Of a DNA stretch of 64,000 nt, positions 29,989-41,412 are shown one piece after another; position 1 is the first letter of the stretch, and every line of letters starts with the position of its first letter. Under the pieces are notes generated by a model. It searched no databases. It saw only the letters and a program-made list of their open reading frames with translations, and was not told the DNA's origin. The position numbers were made by a program, and so were the translations under genes. Location: assembly GCA_963729625.1 (NCBI GenBank), contig CAVSOU010000010.1, positions 928,001 through 992,000 on the forward strand, written 5' to 3'. Origin of the DNA: an uncultured bacterium. GTDB taxonomy: Bacteria; Chloroflexota; UBA5177; JANWHV01.

Positions 29989-31223
29989 GCCATATGGCGA
30001 CAACCGCATCAGCTCGTCGCAGCAGGTTGCTCTGGACATTGCAGCGCAACCGCAAACTGCTCATAGGCTGGGGCACGCTGGCGATCTTCGCCCTGATATT
30101 CCCCGTTCTCATCAGCTCGACCGGGCAGCTCCAGGTCATTACCGGCGATGTGGTTGAGGGCGAGATCTATGCGATGCTGGCACTTGGTTTGAACGTCGTC
30201 GTCGGCTTCGCGGGCCTGCTCGACCTCGGTTATGCTGCTTTCTTTGCCATCGGCGCCTACTCGTTCGGCATGCTCTGCTCGTCACACTTTACACCGACGA
30301 GCACGTTCAGCAGCCCTTTCATCAGCTGGGGTCCGGGCGGCGTTCATGCCAACTTCTGGTGGTTCCTGCCGATCTGTGCTCTGCTGGCGGCCGGCTTTGG
30401 CGCCATCCTCGGCGCCCCCACGCTCAGGCTGCGAGGCGACTACCTTGCAATCGTCACCCTCGGCTTTGGCGAGATCGTGCACAAGATTGTCGCGAACCTG
30501 GGTCCAGGCGCCACGCTCACGGCCTTCGGCTGGCCGGACATCACCGGAGGCACGAATAGCCTCGACGGCATCTTCGCGCCGAGCATTGGCGGGCTGCAGT
30601 TCGGGCAGTCCGACCAGGTGCCCTGGTACTACCTGGGCCTGGCAATCCTCGCCGTGATCATCGTGATCGCCTACAGCCTGCAGTCCTCACGTCTTGGACG
30701 TGCCTGGGTCGCGATGCGTGAAGATGAGCTCGCCGCGTCGTGCATGGGCATTAACATCATGCGCACAAAACTGATGGCCTTTGTGATGGGCGCCTTCTTC
30801 TCGGGCTTCGCCGGAGTGATCCAGGGAAGCCGCCTCGGCTTGGTCGATCCGTCCCAGTTCACATTCCTGGTCTCGATCTCCATACTGGTCATGGTCGTGC
30901 TCGGCGGCCAGGGCAGCGTGCCGGGCGTCGTACTGGGTGCCGGGCTAATCGCGTTCATGCAGTATTATCTGCTGCCGAATCTCAATAATTGGGCTTCCGA
31001 TGTGGGCAACAAAGTCAGCGTGTTGAGTTTCCTCCAGAATGTCGATTTTGTGCAGTCGCAGTACTTGATCTTCGGCATCATGCTCGTTCTGATGATGATT
31101 TTCCGCCGCGAGGGGTTGATCCCCAGCGCCACGCGCCGCCGCGAGCTTGCCCCTGGAGAAGAGTCGGTACTGGCGGAAGAGAACATCCAGCTCTACGATG
31201 TGCGCAGTGGAGGTGCAACGTGA
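29985..31223 (+). CDS. livM: Branched-chain amino acid ABC permease
   Basis: GLNVVVGFAGLLDLGYAAF, LRLRGDYLAIVTLGFGEI, SRLGRAWVAMREDE. Confidence 0.93.
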   Translation: MSHMATTASARRSRLLWTLQRNRKLLIGWGTLAIFALIFPVLISSTGQLQVITGDVVEGEIYAMLALGLNVVVGFAGLLDLGYAAFFAIGAYSFGMLCSSHFTPTSTFSSPFISWGPGGVHANFWWFLPICALLAAGFGAILGAPTLRLRGDYLAIVTLGFGEIVHKIVANLGPGATLTAFGWPDITGGTNSLDGIFAPSIGGLQFGQSDQVPWYYLGLAILAVIIVIAYSLQSSRLGRAWVAMREDELAASCMGINIMRTKLMAFVMGAFFSGFAGVIQGSRLGLVDPSQFTFLVSISILVMVVLGGQGSVPGVVLGAGLIAFMQYYLLPNLNNWASDVGNKVSVLSFLQNVDFVQSQYLIFGIMLVLMMIFRREGLIPSATRRRELAPGEESVLAEENIQLYDVRSGGAT

Positions 31224-32098
31224 GCACCGTCGCCGCCACCGCTCAGCCAGCGCTCGGCTCCACGGCTCAGCCAGGGCCGCTCCTGCAAACGATCAAGTTA
31301 ACCAAGACGTTCGGCGGTCTCGCCGCGGTGCAGAATATCGACTTCCAGATCCGTGCCGGAGAGATCGTCGGCGTCATCGGCCCAAACGGCGCCGGAAAGT
31401 CCACGTTCTTCAACCTGATTACCGGCCTCTACAAGCCGACCTCAGGCCGCATCTTTGTCGCGGGCAAGGATGTCACTGGCCGCAAGCCTGATGCGGTCCT
31501 GCGGGCCGGGGTGGCCCGCACGTTCCAGAACATTCGGCTGTTCCAGAACATGACTGTGCTGGAGAATGTGCTTGTCGGATACCATTCGCGCCTAACGTCG
31601 CAGGTCTTCGGCGACGTGCTCAAGCTTCCGCACACCCGCAAGGAGGAGAGCGAGGCGCATCGGCGAGCGCTTGAGGTGCTGCGGTTCTTTGGTACTCGCT
31701 TGCTCGCCCAACGCCACGATCTGGCGCGCAATCTTGCCTACGCCGATCGCCGCATGCTCGAGATCGCGCGGGCCATGGCCTCGTATCCCAAGCTGCTTCT
31801 GCTGGACGAGCCCACCGCCGGCATGAACCCTGCCGAGACCGACGCAGCCATTCGTCTCATCGCAACGATTCGATCCAATGACCTTGGCATCATCTTGATC
31901 GAACATAAGCTCAACGTGGTGATGGGCATGTCCGACCGCGTCGTCGTACTCGATTACGGGCAACAGATCGCCGAGGGCACGCCACGCGAGGTACAGACCA
32001 ATGAACTGGTCATCGAGGCGTATCTCGGCCGCAAAGCGGCTGCTCGCGCCGCGGAAATGCTCGACCGCCGTGACTCGACGGAGGTCGTCAAGCCATGA
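31220..32098 (+). CDS. livG: Branched-chain amino acid ABC ATP-binding protein
   Basis: GPNGAGKST, RTFQNIRLF, LLLDEPTAGMN, VIEAYLG. Confidence 0.93.
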   Translation: MSTVAATAQPALGSTAQPGPLLQTIKLTKTFGGLAAVQNIDFQIRAGEIVGVIGPNGAGKSTFFNLITGLYKPTSGRIFVAGKDVTGRKPDAVLRAGVARTFQNIRLFQNMTVLENVLVGYHSRLTSQVFGDVLKLPHTRKEESEAHRRALEVLRFFGTRLLAQRHDLARNLAYADRRMLEIARAMASYPKLLLLDEPTAGMNPAETDAAIRLIATIRSNDLGIILIEHKLNVVMGMSDRVVVLDYGQQIAEGTPREVQTNELVIEAYLGRKAAARAAEMLDRRDSTEVVKP

Positions 32099-32820
32099 GC
32101 ATGCTCCAGTTCAATGGGGTGCACACGCATTACGGACCTATTCACGTGTTGAAGGACGTCAACTACCGCGTCGACGAAGGCGAGATCGTGTGCCTGCTGG
32201 GCGCCAACGGCGCCGGCAAGACGACGACGATGAAGACGATACTCGGCCTGGTCCGCCCAACCGGCGGTCATGTCGTCTTCAATGGAAAGATTATCGACAA
32301 GATGTCGCCGAGCGAGATCGTGAAGGCCGGCATCGCGCCGGTACCAGAGGGGCGCCGCGTCTTCTCGCGCATGACCGTTGCCGAGAACCTTGAGCTTGGG
32401 GCGTTTCTCCGAACCGACCATAAGGCCATAGCCGAGGATCTGGCGCGCGTATTCGATCTCTTCCCAAGACTCAAGGAGCGCCGGAAGCAGCTGGCCGGGC
32501 TTATGAGCGGCGGCGAGCAGCAGATGCTTGCCATGGGCCGCGGGCTCATGGCCCGGCCTACGCTCCTGATCATGGACGAACCGTCCATGGGACTCTCACC
32601 AATCTTCGTGGAACGTGTGTTCGACACCGTGCAGAACATCAACCGCCAGGGCGTCACCATCTTTATGGTGGAGCAAAATGCGAACCTCGCCCTGACGATT
32701 GCCAATCGCGGCTATGTGCTTCAGACCGGCGAAGTGGTGCTCGAAGACTCTGCGGCAAACCTGCTGCGCAGCGAGCTCGTGCGGAAGACGTATCTGGGCG
32801 AGACGATCGACGTCAACTGA
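32095..32820 (+). CDS. livF: Branched-chain amino acid ABC ATP-binding protein
   Basis: GANGAGKTT, VPEGRRVF, MSGGEQQMLAMGR, DEPSMGL, VEQNA. Confidence 0.95.
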   Translation: MSMLQFNGVHTHYGPIHVLKDVNYRVDEGEIVCLLGANGAGKTTTMKTILGLVRPTGGHVVFNGKIIDKMSPSEIVKAGIAPVPEGRRVFSRMTVAENLELGAFLRTDHKAIAEDLARVFDLFPRLKERRKQLAGLMSGGEQQMLAMGRGLMARPTLLIMDEPSMGLSPIFVERVFDTVQNINRQGVTIFMVEQNANLALTIANRGYVLQTGEVVLEDSAANLLRSELVRKTYLGETIDVN

Positions 32821-32925
32821 CACTGTGACCGTTTCGCACGATGGCCTAGGCTGGAAGTACGGGGAACGGCGAAGGCGGTCACAGCGGGCAGCTGACCGAT
32901 ACTGTACCGTTGGCCCGACTCGTGG

Positions 32926-34113
32926 GTGATGAAGAACAGGCTGCTGCTATCCCTGGCGATAACGATCGTCCTGTCCGGTTTGGCCGGGCTGCGACAGGTA
33001 AGCAGCCGCTCCTTCGATCGCGTCGTCTCGCTGCCGGGCGACCCTGTCGCCGTCGCCGTGGACAACGCCACCGGACGGGCGTTTGTGATCAACGGAGCCG
33101 ACTACACTGTCGGTGTGCTTGACACTGCCAGCGGGGATCTGCTGCGATCCGTTTCCGTAGGCCGCGGCGCGCTGAGTATCCTGGTCGCCGAAAGCGCGCA
33201 CCGCGTCTTCGTGCCGAATTCAGGCGACAATACAGTCAGTGTCCTGGACGGAAGCTCCGGCCTGGCAGTCCGCACGACCGCGCTGGGCTTCACACCGCGG
33301 CTGGTCGCGGTGGACGAGCGATCGGGTCGAGTCTATGTGACGAGCGCCGGCGGCGATGTCCTCGCCACGCTCGATGCGCGTGCTGGGAACTTGCTCGGCA
33401 CTCTCCGGCTCCGGAGAGTCTTGCTCGCGTTAGCCGTGGATCCCGCGCTGCACCGTCTGCTGCTGGCGAACGCGGATAACACAGTCCAGGCAATCGACGC
33501 CGGCACAGGCAGAGTGCTGTTCGACGTGCGCGTAAGTGGCTATCCGTCCACTATAGATGTGGACGAGCAGACCGGGCGAGTGTTCGTCGGGGACGCGCTG
33601 CACGCCCAGGTAAGCACGCTTGACGCGCGCACCGGCGCAACGTTGGGTCGAGCACAGCTGGCGTCGAGTCCGGAGGCGTTTGTCGTCCTCAACGGCCTGG
33701 CCAAGGTGTTCGTCGCCTGCGTTCCCTCAATCTCCGGATCGAGCGGCGTAGCGGTGCTCGATGCTCGAACTGGGCAGCTTCTGCAGGAAATGCCGCTCAG
33801 CCAGAATCCCGCCAACATGATCGGCGACGATCGAAATGACACGCTTCTCCTCGACGTGGGCAACGCCGTCCTGGCTGTGAGAGTTGCTGACCCAAGTGTC
33901 GTCCGAACGTACCCCGTCCTCGGAGCGCGCTTCACCGCGCAGGGCATGGCGATCGATCGGCGCACGGGTCATTTGTTTGTCGTCAATACCGACAATTCCA
34001 ACGACAGCGCCACCACTTCGGGCTTTGATGTCCTGGGTCGTTGGATTCCCTGGCTGCGCTCCAGGACACTCGCCCCATACGGTAGCCTGAACGAGTTCGC
34101 GATCTCGAACTAG
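32926..34113 (+). CDS. Secreted YncE/YVTN-family beta-propeller protein
   Basis: Signal peptide; repeated P.AVAVD..TGR.FV.N..D.TVSVLD units. Confidence 0.85.
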   Translation: MMKNRLLLSLAITIVLSGLAGLRQVSSRSFDRVVSLPGDPVAVAVDNATGRAFVINGADYTVGVLDTASGDLLRSVSVGRGALSILVAESAHRVFVPNSGDNTVSVLDGSSGLAVRTTALGFTPRLVAVDERSGRVYVTSAGGDVLATLDARAGNLLGTLRLRRVLLALAVDPALHRLLLANADNTVQAIDAGTGRVLFDVRVSGYPSTIDVDEQTGRVFVGDALHAQVSTLDARTGATLGRAQLASSPEAFVVLNGLAKVFVACVPSISGSSGVAVLDARTGQLLQEMPLSQNPANMIGDDRNDTLLLDVGNAVLAVRVADPSVVRTYPVLGARFTAQGMAIDRRTGHLFVVNTDNSNDSATTSGFDVLGRWIPWLRSRTLAPYGSLNEFAISN

Positions 34114-34409
34114 TGGGTCGATTGCCTTGCTGACGGCCATTGCCTCCGCACTCGAGACCCGGCCGCAACCGGCGGGGAGCTTCGCCGGCCGGCCTCCGGG
34201 TACCCACGTGCAGCGTGGGTCGTGACTTCAGGCCGCTCCGTCCGAACGACATCGAGCGTGGCAAGTGAGCCACCACCAGTGCGTTCGGCAGGAATGCACT
34301 GGAGAAATCGGCGCCGGCGCTTCAGCACGGAAGACCTTACGTCATCGCTCAACGGCCGGATTGAGGCCTTCGCCGACTGCGGAACCAGGGTGGACGCGGT
34401 ATATAGCGC

Positions 34410-35057
34410 TCAGTGCACGGGCTGCCGATCGAGCGGCGGCTTGAGCGGGCTCAAGTGAGACGTATCGTTGAACAGCGAGAGGACAGCGTCGTCTTCGTAG
34501 ACCTCGACGATCGAAAGCGAGGCATTGTCGAGCCGCAGCTTCCGCGCGTCACGGTTCGACATCTCGAGATACTGCGCGACCAGTGTCCGAAGAGAACCGC
34601 CATGCCCGGCGACCAGGATTGACGCGTCGTCCTCGGACTGGTGGCGCGCCAGCGAGTTCGCGAAATCGCGGACTCGCCGATCGAGATCGGCCGCCGACTC
34701 GCCGCCAAGTGGCGTCTGGTTCTCTCGATCGGCAAGGAACGACTCCCATTCCTCCGGAAACTGCGCGCGGACCTCCTGCCTTGTCAGGCCTTCCCATAGT
34801 CCGTAGCTCACCTCATTGAGGTCGGAGGATGTGTACAGTGGGCAGGACCGGCCATTCAAGAGAATCACCGCGGACTCACGCGCCCTGTCAAGCTCGCTGC
34901 AGTAGCTTGCCTGGAAGTCCTCCGTGCGCAAGCGGTCGCGCAGCCTTCGCACCTGGTCCCGTCCCTCATCGCTAAGCGGCACGTCGACCCGCCCCTGGTA
35001 CATGCCGCCTTCATTCCAGGTGGTAATTCCATGTCTAACAAGAAACAACCGAATCAT
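34410..35057 (-). CDS. Histidine phosphatase family protein (CobC/GpmB-like)
   Basis: LVRHGITTWN, LNEVSYGLWEG, GGES, VAGHGG, LDNASLS, FNDTSHL. Confidence 0.92.
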   Translation of the reverse strand: MIRLFLVRHGITTWNEGGMYQGRVDVPLSDEGRDQVRRLRDRLRTEDFQASYCSELDRARESAVILLNGRSCPLYTSSDLNEVSYGLWEGLTRQEVRAQFPEEWESFLADRENQTPLGGESAADLDRRVRDFANSLARHQSEDDASILVAGHGGSLRTLVAQYLEMSNRDARKLRLDNASLSIVEVYEDDAVLSLFNDTSHLSPLKPPLDRQPVH

Positions 35058-35702
35058 CTACTCACGTTTCCTCGGTGCGAAGCCGTTATAGAGCAAGCTA
35101 GGGGCAATCATCAAGCGTCCGGACTGCATCAACACCGGCAGCGTCTCCTGAATGAATACCTTGACAAGCCGCCTGTCCCACGTCGTGCCGGCCTCCCTGG
35201 CAAGAATGACGAGCGCTTGAGCAAGCGGGATGCCGGCCCGGAATGGACGCTCGTGCGTCATCGCTTCGAAGCTGTCGCAGATACACAAGATCCTGGAGCC
35301 CAACGGAATACTCTCACCGCTCAGGCCATCGGGATAGCCTTTCCCATCAAATCGCTCGTGGTGGTGGCGCACGAGCTTGGCAAGGGCCTTCGTTTCCAGT
35401 CGCTCCAACAGGGACTCGGCGCCTCGCGCCGCATGGGACTGCACGATCTCCCACTCGTCCGGTGTCAACGGGCCTTGCTTGCAGAGCACATCGCGGGGCA
35501 GTCCGAGCCGTCCAATATCATGCACCCGAGCTGCATCGAGAATCAGCTGTTCCGTCTCACATTCGCTGCCAAGGCTTTTGAGAAGATACGAGACGTAGAG
35601 CGCCACTCTGCCGCCATGTCCAGGCGTCCCGGCATGCAGATCGGCGCGGTCGGCCATACTCACCAGGTTGAGCATTACATTCTCGGCAATCATGCTTCTC
35701 AT
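35058..35702 (-). CDS. Stand-alone HD-GYP domain phosphodiesterase
   Basis: HDIGR, HHHERFDGKGYPDGL, IPLGSRILCICDSFEAM..RPF. Confidence 0.9.
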   Translation of the reverse strand: MRSMIAENVMLNLVSMADRADLHAGTPGHGGRVALYVSYLLKSLGSECETEQLILDAARVHDIGRLGLPRDVLCKQGPLTPDEWEIVQSHAARGAESLLERLETKALAKLVRHHHERFDGKGYPDGLSGESIPLGSRILCICDSFEAMTHERPFRAGIPLAQALVILAREAGTTWDRRLVKVFIQETLPVLMQSGRLMIAPSLLYNGFAPRKRE

Positions 35703-36077
35703 CCTAACGCCGGTTCCGGCCCGGCGCTAGAGCCTGATCATGCCAGTTCGACTCTGCCATATGTCACGAAGTATTCTGGCTTCGAGCTTGTTCGAGCGCG
35801 CCTGATGTACTGCCAGGAAGGCCGGACCGGCCCTCCGATCTGCTACCGTGATTGCCGTGGCCCTGCACGTAAGAGCGCGTTGCGGGGCACGGTGATCCCG
35901 GGCAATCACAGTGTGACGGGAGGATCGATTGATAAGCCCGTTGCCGGAAAGGTGCAGACTGGCGATACTGTCCGTCGTGGCTCGTGTCTGCGTCTTGATG
36001 CCATTGCGTGGAGATACACGCGGGCTGACGAGCGTGCGGTACATGGCGAATGCGTGCGAGACTAGAAGGCTGCTCAG

Positions 36078-36731
36078 TTGAACGGATTCACACCACCTGC
36101 AACGGTCGACAGACTCACGATCTTCGCCGCACTGCTGGCAGTGCTGGCGCTTGCTTCGTTTGTGTCCGGAATCACGCGCATGCTTACCGAGCGCCGCGCT
36201 CGAGTGTTCAGGCTGCTTGGAGGCCCCGCCATTCTGCTGGCGGCGCTGGCGGTCTTCGCCGTGGCAGGCTGGGCGCAGACCTATCGTGCGCTGATCCGCA
36301 ACCAGCTCGTGGCCACCGTGACCGCCGTACCTGTGCCCGGGAAGGCACAGACAATGCAGGTCGTCTTCACGCCGATGCTGGACGGCAAATCTGGACGTGC
36401 GAAGACGTTCACGATACGAGGAGACGAATGGCAGCTCGGCGGGGACGTGGTCACGTGGCAAGACTGGCTGAATATTCTCGGCGTGCACACCGGATATCGG
36501 ATTACGCAGTTGGACGGATACTACGAGAACCCGAACGACTACAAGACAAGGCCGGTCACGCGCTATGACCTCGGCAGCGCCCATGACACCGTGAGCGAGT
36601 TTCAGCACCAACACGCGAACCTGATGGCGTTCGTGCGCACGACACACGGGAACGGCGTGCGCATGCTGCCCAGCCCGGCTATCTACCAGGTGTACCTCTC
36701 AACGTCAGGCTATTGGGCGGCACAGAGCTAG
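36078..36731 (+). CDS. Hypothetical membrane protein (2 N-terminal TM)
   Basis: Two TM helices, then soluble GDEWQLGGDVVTW...GYRITQLDGYY segment. Confidence 0.75.
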   Translation: MNGFTPPATVDRLTIFAALLAVLALASFVSGITRMLTERRARVFRLLGGPAILLAALAVFAVAGWAQTYRALIRNQLVATVTAVPVPGKAQTMQVVFTPMLDGKSGRAKTFTIRGDEWQLGGDVVTWQDWLNILGVHTGYRITQLDGYYENPNDYKTRPVTRYDLGSAHDTVSEFQHQHANLMAFVRTTHGNGVRMLPSPAIYQVYLSTSGYWAAQS

Positions 36732-36750
36732 GTGCACGCCCGGCTGATAT

Positions 36751-36828
36751 TTAGCAGCCCTTGATCGAGACTGCTAAACGACGTATACTACCTTGTGGAC
36801 GTTAGCAGTCGAGCTGCCCGACTGCTAG
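36751..36828 (+). promoter_or_regulatory. Two tandem CIRCE (HrcA operator) elements overlapping the groES promoter
   Basis: TTAGCAGCC-N9-GACTGCTAA (36751-36777) and TTAGCAGTC-N9-GACTGCTAG (36802-36828); -35 TTGATC (36761) N17 -10 TATACT (36784). Confidence 0.9.
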
Positions 36829-36869
36829 CCTTAGGTTGTAAGCAGCATGGAATTCAGGAGGTTCAGGCG

Positions 36870-37172
36870 TTGGCAACGGATGTTAAGGTTCAGGTCCGTC
36901 CCCTGGGCGACCGCGTGGTGATCAGGCCGGCGAACAAGGAAGAAGTAAGCGCTGCTGGCGTCATCCTGCCGGACACTGCCAAGGAGAAGCCCCAGAAGGG
37001 CACGATCATCGCAGTTGGTCCTGGTCGCATGCTCGACAATGGCACCCGCCAGGTACCCGAGGTCTCCGTCGGCGAGGAAGTGCTGTATGCAAAGTATGCC
37101 GGCACCGAAGTCAAGGTCGAGGGTGAAGAGTATCTGATCCTGTCTGAGAAGGACATTCTGGCAATCGTCTGA
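36870..37172 (+). CDS. groES: Co-chaperonin GroES
   Basis: [44 protein letters not shown]. Confidence 0.97.
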   Translation: MATDVKVQVRPLGDRVVIRPANKEEVSAAGVILPDTAKEKPQKGTIIAVGPGRMLDNGTRQVPEVSVGEEVLYAKYAGTEVKVEGEEYLILSEKDILAIV

Positions 37173-37242
37173 GGCGCATCCCTGTGTTGAAGCAGGATGA
37201 GGAATGGCCGGCACGTGTGTGCCGCTGAAACAGGAGGAATGA

Positions 37243-38865
<1,623 letters not shown>

Positions 38866-38886
38866 ATCGGCAACCAACGCTTCGTG

Positions 38887-38922
38887 AGGAGCCCGGCACA
38901 ATGATTGTGCCGGGCTCCTTTG
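38887..38922 (+). terminator. Rho-independent terminator of groESL
   Basis: AGGAGCCCGGCACAA-TGA-TTGTGCCGGGCTCCT followed by T residues. Confidence 0.85.
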
Positions 38923-39082
38923 TCACTTCTCCTTGCCGGCCCACAGAGCCGGTGTCCTGGCAATGGGACGGCGTGTCTCACCGCATCGCGGCGACACTCG
39001 AGATAGGCCTCGAGCTCCCACGTGTTCAAGCCATCACCGTTGTCCGGGGACGAGTCGGGACAAGGCGCCGAGTCCGCCGACA

Positions 39083-40903
39083 TTACGGCGTGAGACAGAC
39101 GAGTTGCTCGAGGCGATCGATCAGACCGGCCATCACGTCGAATGTCCGGTCGATGGGCTCGGCATCGGCAAGATCGACGCCTGCACCTTTGAGCAAGCTC
39201 AGCGGGTAGTCAGACGAGCCGGATTTCAGGAAGGTCAAGTAGCGGTCAACCGCATGTGGCTTGCCATCGAGCACCGCTTGAGCCAGCACATTTCCGCCCG
39301 AGATTCCCGTAATGTACTGGAACACGTAGAAGTTGAGATACATATGGGTGGGGAACTCTGCCCAGGTAATCCCCGTCCGATCGCGATCTTCCGCCACCTG
39401 CGGACCGTAACCCTCCGCAAAGAGCGCGGCGGTGCGCTCGACCATGAAGTCGGCCGTCAGCGGCTGCCCGTGCTCGGCGCGGTCGTGCAACTCAAGTTCT
39501 AGCTGCGCCAGAATCGGCATGATGAAGAAATAGCGGTGGAAGTTATTCATCGCCTCCTCAATCACCGCGATCTGGAAGTCGCGACCGGCGGCGTTCGCCA
39601 GCAGATGAGCGCGGACCATCGCCTGATGGAAGTTCGATGCAACCTCGGCCGCGAAGATGCCGTACCAGCAGTAGATCTTCGGCTGCGTCCGCCAGGTCAT
39701 GTACGAGTGCATTGAGTGGCCGAGTTCGTGCGCCAGGGTGCTCATGCTGTAGATGTCGTCCGCGTAGCTCATCAGGATGAAGGGATGCGTACCAGGAACG
39801 CCGCTAGAAAACGCTCCAGCACGCTTACCCTTGTTTGGATAGCGGTCGACCCAGCGCTGCTCGAATACACCGCGCTGCATGGCGGATACATAGTCGTCGC
39901 CTAAGGGCTGCATAGATTCGAGGATCCAGGTCATCGCCTGGTCGAAGGTGACCCGAAGCGGGCGTGCGCTGAGCGGAGCCTTCCGGTCATATGGCTGAAG
40001 CAAGCCGGTGCCCAGCGCCTGCCGCCGGACAGCCCAATAGCGATGCCAAACCGGAAGGTGCCGTCTGAAGGAGGCGACAACCGCGTGGAATACACCTGTC
40101 GGAATATGGTTAGGGGTGAGCGCAGCATCGAGCGAACTCGCGTACTTACGCACGCGGGCCTCGAACACATGTTGCTTGACCCCTGCCGATATGCAGTTCG
40201 CCATCGTGCCCTTGAAGGCGACGTGCGCATCAGCGTAATGCTCGAACGCAGTGCGTCGCACCTCACGATCGGGGTCGGCCAACAGCGAATCGATGTTGCC
40301 ATGACTTATCTCAATCGCCACTCCGCCCGCGTTGCGCGCAGGAACGATCGGCAGGTTCGTATCGGCCAGGATGCCATGTGTGGCACTGGCCACGGTGAAC
40401 GGATCCTGCAGGAGGCCAAGCACTTCCTCGATCTCGGGCGAGCAGACGTGCTCTTGCAGCCGTCGCAAAGTGTCGAGATAGTGCACGTACACGTGAAGTC
40501 GTGGTTCCTGCTCAATCCAACCAAGCACGAAATCCAGACCTATGCCCAGTAGTTCAGGCTCGATGAAAGCCAGCGCTGCACGCACCTGGGCGAGGAGGCT
40601 GAGCGACCTGTCGCGCTTGGCGACCGCTATCGGATCGCCTTTGTCTACCTCGTAGAACATCGAGGCGTAGAGGCGCAGCCGGTCCGTGCGCAATGCCAGG
40701 TCGTCCGACATCTCCAGAGCGTCGCAGAGTGTCGAAGCGCTTTCGTGGAGGCGTCCTCTGAAACCAGAAACAGCTGGAAGTAGGGCAGTGACGTGCTCGA
40801 TCTCTGCTTCCCAAGCGCCATCGCTCTGAAACACACTCGAGGCGTCCCAGGTGTCTTCGATGGAAATCGCGCTCCGAGGCGGAACCGCTTGCCTAGCCAT
40901 CAT
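39083..40903 (-). CDS. pepF: Oligoendopeptidase F (peptidase M3B)
   Basis: WVDRYPNKGKRAGAFS, TLAHELGHSMHS zinc motif, AEVAS, FYVFQY. Confidence 0.95.
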   Translation of the reverse strand: MMARQAVPPRSAISIEDTWDASSVFQSDGAWEAEIEHVTALLPAVSGFRGRLHESASTLCDALEMSDDLALRTDRLRLYASMFYEVDKGDPIAVAKRDRSLSLLAQVRAALAFIEPELLGIGLDFVLGWIEQEPRLHVYVHYLDTLRRLQEHVCSPEIEEVLGLLQDPFTVASATHGILADTNLPIVPARNAGGVAIEISHGNIDSLLADPDREVRRTAFEHYADAHVAFKGTMANCISAGVKQHVFEARVRKYASSLDAALTPNHIPTGVFHAVVASFRRHLPVWHRYWAVRRQALGTGLLQPYDRKAPLSARPLRVTFDQAMTWILESMQPLGDDYVSAMQRGVFEQRWVDRYPNKGKRAGAFSSGVPGTHPFILMSYADDIYSMSTLAHELGHSMHSYMTWRTQPKIYCWYGIFAAEVASNFHQAMVRAHLLANAAGRDFQIAVIEEAMNNFHRYFFIMPILAQLELELHDRAEHGQPLTADFMVERTAALFAEGYGPQVAEDRDRTGITWAEFPTHMYLNFYVFQYITGISGGNVLAQAVLDGKPHAVDRYLTFLKSGSSDYPLSLLKGAGVDLADAEPIDRTFDVMAGLIDRLEQLVCLTP

Positions 40904-41412
40904 GCCTCCGTCCCTTTAGGCTCACTACAAGACGCGACGAATCTCGTTGCCTAGCACGAGCGTCGGTACGGCGCCGGGTCAACTCCGGCCCAGCGCCATG
41001 TCGTACACGTTTGCGAATTCGAGTAAGCCATCACCACGTGCTCGGTTAGCGCCCACTCAGGGCCCATGCGTCGCGAGCAAGCCACATGCGCGCCGGCGCT
41101 CGATGCATCCGGGCGCCCCCGGGCGCGCGGACCGCCCGCGCTCGCGAACGAAAGCAAACCGGCAGCGGCGGCGCTCACGATCGCTTCCAATCGTACCAGG
41201 CTCACCCGCGCGGCGGCGCAAGACGCTGGAGACCAAGCTCGAACAGGCCCACGTCCGCGACAACGCTGCGACCCTCCTCGTGCCCGCTCTTGTGGGCACA
41301 TGCGGAACACCTGACGTTGCGAGCGGAGCTCGATCCGCAGGCGCAGAGGATTCGGCACCGCACCTGACCGGTCGCGCATTGATCCCGACCGCTTGCGCCC
41401 ACTTGCGATCGG

